Shown here: positions 1 to 36,421 of the stretch, in pieces
Numbering within the stretch: position 1 is the stretch's first letter
Layout of the letters: each line of letters opens with the position of its first letter
Assembly (NCBI GenBank): GCA_033442325.1
Contig: JAWQFM010000004.1
Location: 2,390,830-2,454,829 of the forward strand
DNA length: 64,000 nucleotides
Reading direction: 5' to 3'
Source: Salpingoeca rosetta
Taxonomy: Eukaryota; Protista; Choanoflagellata
Program-made: the position numbers and the translations under genes
The notes under the pieces: model-generated
Told to the model about the DNA's origin: nothing
What the model saw: the letters and a program-made list of their open reading frames with translations, nothing else
Databases searched by the model: none

Positions 1-64
<64 letters not shown>
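1..64. repeat. (CA)n microsatellite, representative of many such tracts, most of them intronic
   Basis: Direct reading. Confidence 0.95.
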
Positions 65-65
<1 letters not shown>

Positions 66-358
66 CGAAGGACGCACTTTGGCGTTTGCACAAACACGTG
101 GGTGTGCGGTGGATAGTCAACTTTTGCGCTGCGTTTTGTGCGAATCGTAGATTACAACCCGAAGAAGACACCACAAACAGCGCCACCGAGGCAAGGTGTT
201 ATTACGAGCAGAGCAAAAAGCGAAGACAAGACGACACTGCCATCAACCACCCACCTGCTTTGCATCGCATCGAGCAAGAGCACTCCCATCAGTCCCCTTG
301 CCTGCCTGTCGGTCATCTTTGAGGACAACGACTGCCACCTGCACTAGCTACAGCAGCA

Positions 359-21823
<21,465 letters not shown>

Positions 21824-21978
21824 GCTTGCGTTGTTGCACTCGCACTGCGCGTTGCTGGCCTGCACAAGTCTTTGTCTGTCTGTCGTGTCGTCGCATAGTG
21901 GTGGATAATTGTGAATGGTGCACATAAATGTCAAGTGACAAACCAACGACAGAGCGACAGACAAAGCGATTGTAGACG

Positions 21979-23149
21979 ATGATGATGTTGCGCGCTGCGA
22001 GTGTTGTTGGAGGCAGAGGCACTGCCACCGCCACTGCCACTGCTGCTGCTGCTGTCGGTGGTGGTGTGCTTGGACGGCGTGGGCTCTTGTTGGGCAGGAG
22101 AGGGTTGAGCACGGCCAATGAGGAGGATGCCGCAAAGGCAGTGACGGTTGAGGTTGACGGTGATGGCTTTGCGTCCATGGTTCTCAACAACCCAGACGGC
22201 TTCAACACCTTCTCCGACAAGGTGTGTGATTGTGGTGTGATTGTGTGTGATTGTGTGTGATTGTGTGACAGTGGTGTGATTGTGATTGTGTGATAGTGGT
22301 GTGATTGTGTGTGTAATTGTGTGGGGGTGTGTTTGCACACAAACCCGACTCTTTGTATGTGTGAGGATATGCGACACATATAATCAAACGAACACCTTTG
22401 CCTGCTGATCACACTGTTTACATGTCACGCCACTTCAGGTCATTGCCCGCTACACCGATGTGCTGACTGAGCTGCACAAGACAGAGAACCTGCGCGGCGT
22501 GTTTGTCAAGTCCACCGGCAAGTTCTTCTCTGCCGGCGGCAACCTCAAATGGATGAAGAACTCCATCAACCTGACACGGGTGCGCTCCTTGTTGTTTTGG
22601 GCAGGGCGGGGGGGGGGGGAGGTTTGTTGTTGGAGTTGATGAATGATATGCTGTCCTTGCGTCACCAACTATGCCCGTGCTTTGAAGCGCAGTGACCACG
22701 CCCTTTGTCTCGCATGGGTGTGTTTGGTCATCCTTCTCAACTCACGCGTTGTCCGCACACACACACACACACACACACACTTGCGTCAATGCGTTAGGAG
22801 GAGAACGTTGAGGACTCGCTGAAGCTGTCGCGGATGCTGTACCAGCTCAACACGCTCCCTTGTCCCTCAATCGCGCTTGTGCAAGGTCCCGCGTTTGGGG
22901 GCGGTGTTGGTCTTGTGAGCTGCTGCGACATTGCCGTTTGCGTAAGTGCGCATCGCTTCTGTGCCCCATAAGCTTGCATGCGTGCTCGTGGGCTCAGTGT
23001 GGGACTGAGGTCGTGTGTTTTGCTGCTGTTGGTGGTGATGCTGGTGCTGGTGATGCTCTATGCTTGGGTGCTGGAGCTGTCTCGCAATGACCAATCATGT
23101 TTGTCGTTGACACTCGCCCACCGCTACTCTTCTCAACACGCGTCATGTT

Positions 23150-23210
<61 letters not shown>

Positions 23211-24222
23211 ATGCACCAGACGAGCAAGGCGTTCTTCACGCTTTCAGAGGTGAAGCTGGGTTTGATTCCCGCCACAATCTCTCCTTATGTCATCGCCCGC
23301 ATTGGCATCCCGCAAGCGCGCAGGTGCGTGTCAGTGTGTGTATGTGTGTGTGTGTGCCAGTGGAGGTGTGTATGCATGTTTGTATGTGTGTATGTGCGTG
23401 TGTGCGTACATGAGCGTGAGTACAAGTAGCCGGCTGCCCTCGCACCTTCCGTGTTTGCCTCCGTGTGTCTCACAGCGCGTGCCTGTGTCACCGACAGGTA
23501 CATGTTGACTGCAGAGAACATCAACGCCGCCCGCGCGCAGGAGATTGGACTGGTGCACGAGGTACGGAAAAGTGTGTACGGGGTGATGGGAAGATCAATG
23601 AGTGTGGTAAGGCATTGTGGAGGGTGTGCATGTGGGCAAAAGCAGAAATCCAGCACTGCGGTTTTGACACACACACACACACAGACACAGACACACAGAC
23701 ACAGAGACACACACAGACACAGAGACACACACGCGCGCGCGCGTCTTCCATTCAATCAGTCTCACAACTCCACTGGTGCAGGTTGTTGAGGATGCATCTG
23801 GGCTTGAGGAGTGGGAGGGCAAGTTGCGGGAGTCGCTGTCACGCGTTGGCCCCAACGCCGCCGCCAACACAAAGCGCCTCATCGCAGACGTCGGCAACAG
23901 GCACATCACCGATGGTGAGAGACAGAGTGTGTATGTGTGAGTGTGTGAGTGAGTCAGAGAGAGAGTGTGTGTGTTGTGTTGTGTGTGTGTGTGTGTGCCA
24001 GGTTGCGTGCGATTTTATTTCTGCTCTGTTCGTCGTTCCCGCTCGCATTTCCTAACGTCGTTGCTGCTTTTGCCACCATCAACACGATCATCATCGCCGT
24101 GAACAGATGTGCTGCAGCTGACAGCGGAGGCGTTGGCGGACCAGCGGGCGAGCGAGGAAGGGCAGAGCGGCCTGCACGCCTTCTTTGCAAAGCAGCCCGC
24201 CCCGTGGCTCATCAGCAAGTGA
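21979..24222 (+). CDS. Crotonase-family enoyl-CoA hydratase, methylglutaconyl-CoA hydratase (LiuC)-like, with probable mitochondrial presequence; about 7 exons
   Basis: Exon peptides: GFASMVLNNPDGFNTF; GKFFSAGGNLKWM; LVQGPAFGGGVGLVSCCDIA; FTLSEVKLGLIPATISPYVIARIG; YMLTAENINAARAQEIGLVHEV; RASEEGQSGLHAFFAKQPAPWLISK*. The N-terminus is Arg/Ala-rich with no acidic residues. Confidence 0.88.
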
Positions 24223-24262
24223 GCTTTGCTGGTACCGGGCGGATATTTGTGTGAGTTGTTGT

Positions 24263-24308
<46 letters not shown>

Positions 24309-24313
24309 GTGTG

Positions 24314-24540
24314 CTACACCAAGAATCGGAGTAATCAAAGTACATACCAGGATACTTGCCTTCTAAAAAAGACTAATCCTATTTTAGTTAAGTCCTCCTG
24401 CCGGAGTTAAGAAGTTGCGCCTTCAAAGCAATCGCGAACACAACGTAACTGGGCTGGAATAAGCGATTACTCCAGTTTTAGCTATGGCGTAGTTAGTTCT
24501 AACCATAAGAAACTAAGTCAGGTCCTTAGATTCGGACGTA
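24314..24540. other. Compositionally foreign ~227-bp block inside a GT microsatellite between the hydratase gene and OGA
   Basis: About 41% GC by hand count, TA-rich, abrupt borders, with an imperfect hairpin at 24454-24475. Confidence 0.7.
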
Positions 24541-24568
24541 TTGTTGTGAGTGTTGTTGTGTGTGTGTG

Positions 24569-24603
<35 letters not shown>

Positions 24604-24791
24604 TGTGCATGTGTGTGTGTGTGTGTGTGCGCGCTGCCCACGTGTCGTCCTTTGGTACAAACGAACGAACATGCGTGTGAATGCTTGATGTGAATGAGTG
24701 AATGAATGCAAGTGGGAAGACAGGGAACGTGGACAGCTGTGCCATCACGCACACAGAGTTGCAGACACATACACACAGACAAGTGCAGACA

Positions 24792-24828
<37 letters not shown>

Positions 24829-25407
24829 GCACACCACAACACACCACATCACAACACAACACAACACAAACACAACACACCACAACACACCACATCACAA
24901 CACACACGCACACAACACAACACAAACACAACACAAACAATAAACCCAAGCACGCACACGTCATTTGCCGCAACAAGCAACCATCCCAGGTAGTGCCACA
25001 GTCGCAATCGAGCCCCCCAAAGTGCCTCGTCACGGTGCGTTTTGTGTTTTATTCGCCACTATCAACCTGCAAATCCCCACGCGATTGCTGCAATCCATTT
25101 CTTCCTCTTCTTCTTATCAAATCATCAGCCGTTGCGTTGTGCGTTGTGTGTGCGTGTGCGTGTGTGCGTGTGCGTGTGCTTGGCCATTTTCCTGTCAACT
25201 TCCTCGCTCGCCTGGACGCCTTTGACTTCCTCAGGCAGTCTCGTCTCTTGCGCGTGCGACCGCTCATCTGTGCTGAACGAACCATCCCTGACGCCGATTG
25301 ATCGGTCGACACCCCCCCCCCCCCATATTCCCTCAAAAAGCCAAGCGAACCCCTCTCCATCTCCCCATCTCCCCATCTCCCCATCTCTCTGTCTTCCAAG
25401 CGGAACA

Positions 25408-26054
25408 ATGACCGACAACGTTGATGCGGCCGTGCATCCGTGGATGCTTGGCGTCGTCGAGGGCTTTTACGGTCGTCCGTGGCAGATGCACCAACGATCT
25501 GAGCTCTTCACGCTTCTCAACCATTGGGGCATGAACGCCTATGTGTATGCTCCAAAGGACGATCACAAGCACCGTGCCTTCTGGCGCCAGCTCTACACCG
25601 ACGACGAGCTCGGTCCGTGTGTTGTAGACTGTTGTCCCCTTGTCTTTGCGCATACGTGTGCTGTTGATCTGTCTGTCACCAAACGTCTTTGTGAAGCCAC
25701 GAAGTTGTTTGTTGTTTGGGGCTTGTCCACGGATCCGCACGCAAGTTACTTTGTAACTTTGTCGACAACGTTTTCCGAGCTCACATCATGCATTGCGCCA
25801 CCACCACATGCAGCACGCCTGAGCGAGTTGATCGCAGAGGCGCGCAGGAACAACGTGGAGTTCATCTACGCCATCTCCCCTGGTCTCAGCATGGTCTACT
25901 CATCGGATACAGAGAACAAACTCCTCCACGTAAGCAACTTCGTTGACACGTCTTTTTCTTGTGTCATTGTTGATGTGTCGTCTTCCTTCTGGTGTTCATG
26001 CATTCATGTGCAAGTACGCGCTCTCACGCCAGCACACACGCACGCACACACACA

Positions 26055-26099
<45 letters not shown>

Positions 26100-27262
26100 C
26101 AGGACAAGCTGAGCCAGGTGCATGAGCTCGGATGCACGAGCTTTGCCATCCTTTTTGACGACATCGACAAGGGCATGTGCACGGAGGACCACGAGGCGTT
26201 TGAGTCGCTCGCACACGCGCACTGCGAGGTTGCCAACCGCATTCTGTCGTACATTGGACCGCGCCGCCTCCTTTTCTGCCCGACCGAGTACTGCACGTCC
26301 CGCGCAGATCCGAGCATCAAGGACAGCGCGTACCTGTCCACCGTCGGGCACGTGCTCGACCCGGCCATCCAGGTGCTGTGGACCGGCGATGCCGTCATCC
26401 CAGAGTACATCACGCCAGAGTCGCTTGCCCCCGTCAACGCCGCCATCCGCCGCAAGTGCGTCATCTGGGACAACATTCACGCCAACGACTACGACCCGCG
26501 GCGCGTGTATCTTGGGCCATATGCGGGGAGGCCGCACCAGCTGCGCGAGCACGTGGACGGCGTCCTCACCAACCCAAACTGCGAGTACACGTCAAACTTT
26601 GTTGCGCTGCACACCATGGCTGCGTGGCACAACCTCGGCCCCGCATACGACCCGCGCGTTGCGTACCGCCAGGCCATTACGGACTGGCTGCCGCGCCTTG
26701 TGTCGCGCGGGCAGCAGGCGGCCATCACGGCGGAGGCGATGGTGCGGCTGTGCGACATGTTCTATCTTCCTTACCAGCACGGTTCAGCTGCATCCACTTT
26801 TATTGCAAACTTCCTCTGGCTCGAAGACACCCCGACTACCGGTGTGTAGTAGTGCTTGTTCGTGCATGTGCCTGCGCGCGTGTGACATGTGTGTGTGTGT
26901 GTGTGACATGTGTGCGTGTCGTGCATGGGTGTGCGTGTGTGACGTGTGTGTATTTGCTGAATTGCTTCATGGTGTTCCCACGCGTTCGTATCTTTATCCC
27001 ACGCGTTCGTATCTTTATCCCACGCGTTCGTATCTTTATCCCATCCACTCTCTTTGGCTCACGCGTACCGTGTCTCATGATCTCTGTGTGTCATTGCTGT
27101 GCAGACGAGGAGTGGAGTGACCGGTGCAACACGTTCAGAGAAGAGTGCACCCACCTGGTCAAGCTCTGCAAGACGGTGTGCGCGCTCTCCTGTGACCTCG
27201 CGCGCGACCTCTACCGCTACCTCTGGGACCTGCAGGAGGTGCGTAACAAGCCGTGCATGCGT

Positions 27263-27344
<82 letters not shown>

Positions 27345-27744
27345 GCTTCCGATGTGATCTCGTGATTACGCGAACGAGTTTGAGCCAATCAGGCACGTCC
27401 TCACTGTCACCATCACATGCACATGTGTCCACCCACCCACCACCGAACGCGTGTAGATGCTGTCGATGTTGTGCGGGGTGCTTGATCGCCTATCGTCGCC
27501 GATTGCCTTCCGGCCAACCCGCACTGCCCGACCGTCCCTCGCCCCGTCCCTTGCCTTTGGCGGCATGCTCGCCACCTTGCACCAGCTGGTGCTGCCGTAC
27601 GGCGCGGAGCACGGCACGTCCATCTGCACGAGCCACCGCATCTACGCCATGCGGCCGTGCTTCGAGTCCGACCGCGACTACCTCTACGACCTCTGCATCA
27701 AGGCGGGCAGGGCCGGCGCCGACCGTGAGTCAAACTTGCGCGCA

Positions 27745-27784
<40 letters not shown>

Positions 27785-28459
27785 GGCATGTGTGTGTGTG
27801 TGTGCACGCGCCGTGTCTCTGCACACTCTTTCCTCACACGAACTCCTCCCACCCCACCCTTTCTATCTTTCTCTTTCAGCACAAAAAGTGTACGAGTGCC
27901 CAACGATTCTGGGCGACCGCTGGGTGGGGCCCTACCTCTCTCTTCCCGGCTGCCTCGCTTACGTGCTCGAGGTCAGTCACGCCCCCTGTACACGTGTTGT
28001 TGCGTATGTGTATGTGTATGTGTATGCGTATGTGTGTGTGCATGGTTGATCAGGTCATGCACATGTATTGTTTGTGTTGTTGGTCCTTCCCACGCCGATG
28101 CGTATCGTCAGAGCCATGCCGCACCCCTCCATATCCCTCTCCCCTCCCCTCTTCTAACTCCACCACGACCACCACCTCTGTCGCCACCACAGGACAACCA
28201 GGGCGTGTGCGGGTATGTGCTTGCTGCCATTGACTCGCGCGCCTTCTACCGGGACCTGCAGTCGCTGTATCTGCCGAGCGTTGCCGGCAAGTACACGCCG
28301 CCGGCGGAGCCGCGCAGCAACTGGAAGCCCGTCGACCACCTCCTCCACGAGCTCCTCAACCCCACATTCTACATCGACGAAGACATCATGAAGTCAGTTG
28401 CACGGCTGCACTTGCACGTGTGTGTGTGTGTTTGTGTGTGTGCATGCATGCGTGCGTGC

Positions 28460-28510
<51 letters not shown>

Positions 28511-28945
28511 GTGGTGTCATGTGCGCGCTGCATCTTATCTGACCAAAATACCATTGTCTCACCCTTGATCACTCCTCCTCCCCTCCTCACATCTTCTCCT
28601 CCCAGGTCGTACCCGTCGCATCTGCACATTGATCTCCTGCCGCGTGCACAGAATCAGGGCAACGGGCGCCGTCTCATCAACCTCCTCCTCCGCAACCTCC
28701 AGGCGTGTGGCTCCGTCGGTGTCCACCTCGAAGTCCCCGCTGAAAGTGCGGGCGCACACCGCTTCTACGAGCGGCTCGGCTTCTCCCCCCTCAGCGTCAA
28801 CATGGCGAACAAGGTGTACTTTGGCAAGACGTGGGCGTCGTCGGCGCCGGAATCGCAGCCAGACGCGCAGCTGTCGTCGCACACGGCCATGTTGCCAACG
28901 GGCGCCACCGCCACTTGCTCCGTCGTGCCAGCGACCACCACATGA
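25408..28945 (+). CDS. OGA: O-GlcNAcase (GH84) with stalk and C-terminal GNAT domain; exons approx. 25408-25612, 25814-25929, 26103-26841, 27105-27238, 27457-27724, 27880-27971, 28193-28392, 28606-28945
   Basis: GH84 motifs GVVEGFYGRPW, YVYAPKDDHKHR, FIYAISPG, catalytic FAILFDDID, LFCPTEY, IWDNIHANDYD and GVLTNPNCEY. C-terminal LGDRWVGPYL, VCGYVLAAIDSRAFY, YPSHLHIDLL and FYERLGF. The GT-AG junctions keep the reading frame. Confidence 0.93.
26977..27043. repeat. 21-bp tandem repeat CCCACGCGTTCGTATCTTTAT x3 in an OGA intron
   Basis: Three exact copies plus a partial copy. Confidence 0.95.
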
Positions 28946-29688
28946 TGAACAATGCACCGTGCATGGTGCGGCGTGCGTCATGGCGTGTGACGATTGACAC
29001 ATGACATGACTCCGACGTCGTGGTCACCGGTCACCTTGTGTGCGCCTTTCTCTCCTTTTCCCACCTCATTCAGTGTGTCTCTCTCTGTGTCGTCCCTTTC
29101 CTTCTCCTCCTCTCACTTCCTTCCTTTCCTGGTCATTCTTAGCCTGTCTCAATCCGCAATGTAATTATGCGGTGATTGTTTCACACACACACACCTCCCC
29201 CTTCTCCAATCCAACCCCTCTTCACGTGATGTCACCAACCAACAGAGGGGTGTCGTGTTTGTGTGGTTTGCTGAATTGCCATGTTTGCTGGTGGCACAGT
29301 GGTTGTGTTTGCCAATGGCTTGTTTTGATGATGTGTATTGTGCGCGGTTCACGAGCCCTATTTCAGAGGTTACAATGACCCACTGCTTCAATTGTGTATT
29401 TGCACGTACACAGCACCTTAGCTTCTTCTATTGCGCCGCCTTCTGCTGCCGTTAAATGCGAGCGGCGTTCACATCTTAATCTGCATTCGCCCTAACTGCC
29501 GCCACCTGCTTTCCATGTTGTTGTTGTTGCCGTTCTCTGTCCTTTTCCTTAAACACGGCACCCTTTCTCCCCACACACGTCTCTTCATGCGATTGGGATG
29601 AGGGTTATCACCAACCTCCCTCCCTCCCTCCCATCTTTCCCCACACCCCACATCCTAGTTTCTCCCCTGCTGTGTGCTGTTGACCTGG

Positions 29689-31789
<2,101 letters not shown>

Positions 31790-32036
31790 CAGCGTTGTTG
31801 CTGTTGTTGTGAGAGGGGGGAAAAACACAAACAAACGACACAACGGAAAGCAACAAACAATCATCAGCAGCCAGCCACATCGACTTTGCACTGACGACAA
31901 GCAAGCGAGTGCGTGTGTGCTTGAAGTTGAGTGTGTGTGAGTAGGAGGCAGGCAAGCAAGCAAGCAGTAGTCGCTGGGTGTTGCCAAGCGAACCCAGAGT
32001 CGCTTTGCTTCCATTGCCAGAGCGTTTAAGCCAAAG

Positions 32037-32834
32037 ATGCAGCGCCTATCGCCCACATCGCCGCTGCAGACGGACCCACCAGCTCGCACCGTGTCCTTCT
32101 CCACAGAGCTGCTGGTCCGTTGATGTCGTGTGTGTTGTGTGTGTTGTGTTGTGTGTGTTGTGTTGTGTGTGTTGTGTGTTGTGTTGTGTTGTGTTGTGTT
32201 GTGTTGTGTTGTGTTGTGTTGTGTTGTGTTGTGTTGTGTTGTGTTGTGTGTGTATGTGTTGTGTGTGTGTGTGTGTTGTGTGTGTGTGTGTTGTGTGTGT
32301 GTGTGTGTTGGTCACTGCAATCACGACAATCGCAATCACTGGCGCTCGTCTTTACCATATCCCAGGCTTTACCGCATGCATGGTGTACTCACTCGACCCT
32401 GTTTGTTTCGAATGCATACACACACACACACACGCGCGCGCGCGCACGCGCACGTAGAATGGGTTCTCCACCGCCTGCCAGATTGGAGATGATGGTGCAC
32501 GGTTGATCAAGGACATGGCTGCGTTCTTCAAGAAGCGCCAGGAGATTGAAACCACATATGCCAAAAGCCTAAGTACGGGGAAGCAGCGTGCATGTCATCT
32601 GTGCACAACGTTGCAGGACCTGCCCTCACTGCCCTGTCGTAACTACCGTGTCGCGTGCTGCACTGCAATGGCCGTGACATGTTGGTACCGTTGTTGACCC
32701 TCCTGACATTTTGCCGCTGTCATGCGGATGCGTGCAGACAAGCTTGCGACACAGTACCTGGGGCAGGTGCCTGAAGACAAACGCAAGCTCTTTGATCGAT
32801 CCCAGCAATACACCAACACGTCATCGTACGTGTG

Positions 32835-32909
<75 letters not shown>

Positions 32910-34537
32910 TGTACATGTGGGGGGGGGAGGAGAAGATGGCACATGGCAAATGGGGGAGGGGAGGGGTTGTATGCCATATGCTTGTGCGTGGCCTTGAGTG
33001 CTTGTTTCTTTGCAGTGTTTGCAGGTGCCCATTGTTCGCGGACTCAACCCTTGTTCTTGCGTTGGACCTGATCCTCTTAGATCCATCCTCACGTCGTGGT
33101 ACAACGTTTTGGAAGAAGCCCTCTTCACCGCAGGCTCGCACGTAAGTGTACCCTCCGCACACACAAACAGAGAGAGACACACACACACACACACACATAC
33201 ACATACACGCACGCACACACACAGACACATACACATACACACGCACTCACACACGCACACACACACACACGCAAGTGTGCGCACGCGTTTCGGACACTCA
33301 CTGCATTGCATTGTGTGATTGCTGCGTGCCTCGTTCGCTACATCCATACAGGAGCAACTTGCATCAAACCTTGGGCAGCGAGTGACTGATCCTCTCGCCT
33401 CCACAAGTAAAGACATCGAACTCGCACGCAAGCAGGTGGTGCCATCAGCACATGAATACATGCACAATGTTCACCCAAGAGATGTGCGTGTGTGTGCATG
33501 CGTGTGCGTGTGCGTGCATGTGCGTGCGTATCCTGGATCCGCCTGCCTGATTGTTATGCACATGCTTTCCTTTTTGACGAATGTTGTCGTTGGTGATGGT
33601 CGTGCCCGTGCACATTGTGCTTTGACAGCACATCGCCGATGGACTGAAGCAGCAGAAGCATTTGCAGGACGCCTACACCGAACTCAAGAAGGTCTCTTGC
33701 GCCCAACGCCCGCACGCTGCTTGGTTTTGTCGTTGCGTTGTTGCACTGTGACGTTACACAGTGACACACATCATCCGAATGCTTCTGCACTGATGCACAT
33801 GTGCTGATACGCGTGTTTGTCCATCCACGATCACCACTGCAGGCCCAGAGCCAGCACTCGACGCAGCAGAAGGAAGTGGACGACTGTCAAGATGCACTGG
33901 AGAGAGCAAAGGGGAATTACATGACAAAGGACTCCACCTTTCAAAAGGTGACTTGTTTTCGTGCATGTTCGGTGTGTGTATGCGTGTGTATGTGTGTGTG
34001 TCCTGTTTTGTGTATGCGTGTGTGTGTGTGTGCCTTTGGATGTGTGTATGCGTACCTGAACGCGTCTATTGCCCACTGCTTGTTTATCAACACCTCACCA
34101 ACGAGTCCCATTCATGCATTACCCACTGCAATCTCGACCTCGACCACCGCCACCACCAATGCATCAGCTGAACGGCCGCCTGAGGACATCTGAGGACAAG
34201 GCGGCGCTCGCTGCTCAGACGCTGCACGAACAAGAGGACAAATGCACAAAGGTATAGGCAAGAAAATGCGTGTGTGTGTGTGTTTGTGTGTATGTGTGTG
34301 TTTGTGCGTGTGTGTGTGTGCACGACTAGAAACGACACGCATACAATACTCGCTGGTGTGCTCGGAGTTCCTGACACCTCTCTTCTTGCACTCGTCCATA
34401 TCGAGCAGATACAGCTGGAGCACTACAAGATGCATTTCCCGCGGGTGCTCGAGGAGATGGAACAGCGCGAGGAGGAGCGAGCGGCAGCGATGAAGGCTGC
34501 CATGCTCGCTGCCGTCAGATGCACGCGGTGAGGTCCC

Positions 34538-34608
<71 letters not shown>

Positions 34609-35118
34609 GGGGTGGGAGTTGGTTCCCCAAATGTTCATATTGTTCGCTTTCATCGCCCAAAAGTTCATGATGTCCCCCTTCCCTCCCAACCGAAACTGCA
34701 CGTTTGCACGTCAGGGACATGCTGCAGCGCGAGGTTGGACTTGAGGTCGCCCTCTGCTCATTCATTCAGGACGCAGGTGTGTGAATTTGTGGGTGTGTTT
34801 CATGAATCTATTGTGTGTTCGTGAACACCGTACGGCTCTGAACAACATCTGCTTGCTCTTCCCCATCCAACACATCACTCACGCATTCTCCTCCTCCCTT
34901 CCCATTCCCACTCCCCATCCCCCACTCGACCAATGCGTGGCCACAGACACGCGGCTTGACATTGAGCAAGCAATCCGGCAGTTTGATGGCGGCGATGATA
35001 TGGATGCGCCCGTCACCTCCATCCTCAACCCGACTCTCAAGTCGCACCTCGCCGCAACCGCCCTCGAGTCTCCAAAGTGCGCACACAGGGAGGGGGTTGT
35101 GTTTGCGTGCTGTTGTGT

Positions 35119-35197
<79 letters not shown>

Positions 35198-35437
35198 TCG
35201 TGCTTAGGGGGTGCGAAAGACTTCTCTCTGCACTGTTCATGCGAACAGGCAGCTCACGCCCATGCCCACCACGACATTACGTTTGCCCCAGACCGTTTCG
35301 CGATTATCTCTTCATCCTCGTCGCCCACAACCGCCGCCTCTACCAATACGAGAGCGACAACGTCCGTGAATGCATGGCTGCGTTTTGATGGTGTTGATCC
35401 TGAACGTGTGTGTGTGTGCGTGTGTGTGTGCGTGTGT

Positions 35438-35476
<39 letters not shown>

Positions 35477-36365
35477 CTGAGTACATGAACGTATGCGTGC
35501 GTGTGCGTATGTGTGCTTGTATTTCTGCGTACATGAGCGTGTGCAAGTGTTTGTGCCTCTGCAGGAGAATCTGTTCACCTTGCACACGTTCATTCATGCA
35601 ACTGCTGACACCCCACAGGCGCAACATCCCAAGTTTGTGGCGACGCTGCCGCTGGGCAACCGGACCGTTCGTCCCGTGGACACGTCGCTGTTTGGTCGCC
35701 GTCACGTCTTCCAAGTCATCACAAAGTACGTGCGCCCCTTGGTGTGCCCTCCACCTGGCTGCGGCCGTGCCTCGTTCTTCTGTTTGCATTGCATAGATCT
35801 TTGACGACATGCTGTGCCTCCCACTCGTTCGCCACATGTCCATCCCACCCTCACCTGTTTGCATGTGCACGTGTGCTGTCAAGGTCGCGGACGCTCTACA
35901 TCGAGTGCCCGGATCAGAAGACATACAGGTGCGTCAGCATGTGTACGGTTGAGTGTGTATGTGTGTACGTGTGATGATGATGATGTGTGTGCGTGCGTGT
36001 GCGCGGACGTCTGCGCTTGCTGTTCCTGTGAATCTGCTACAACGACAAACGCGACGACAACGACGACGACGACTGAATGACATGCATGAATCGTACACAT
36101 GCTTGCAGGCAATGGATGGAGGCGTTGCGGGAGGTGTGCTTCCCCGATCCCAACACCGACGCAACCATGCGCCTCGTGCGATCTGTCAGCGTCACCGTTG
36201 TCGAGGCCAAGGTGGTGATTGCCAGTGCATTGGATGACAGTGTGCACCTTCGCTGAACCTGCATTGACCGTCGACAACACGTGTCTTGTTTGCACACGCA
36301 ACGGCAGCACGTGCATTGCCCATCACTCACGTACACCCTCACACCTGCATTCCACTACGCACACG

Positions 36366-36421
<56 letters not shown>

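Noticed and set aside
24360-24525. Group I intron P7-like words (GACTA ... TAAGTC)
   Set aside because: Pairing is imperfect, other core elements were not found, and the block is not inside a gene.
26378-28945. 855-aa ORF as a single-exon gene
   Set aside because: It reads through introns and is off-frame over most OGA exons; only the last exons are in the true frame.
31980-31986. GTTGCCA RFX/X-box-like half site (also overlapping the UNC119 ATG on the minus strand)
   Set aside because: A 7-mer expected many times by chance in 64 kb; no TSS data.
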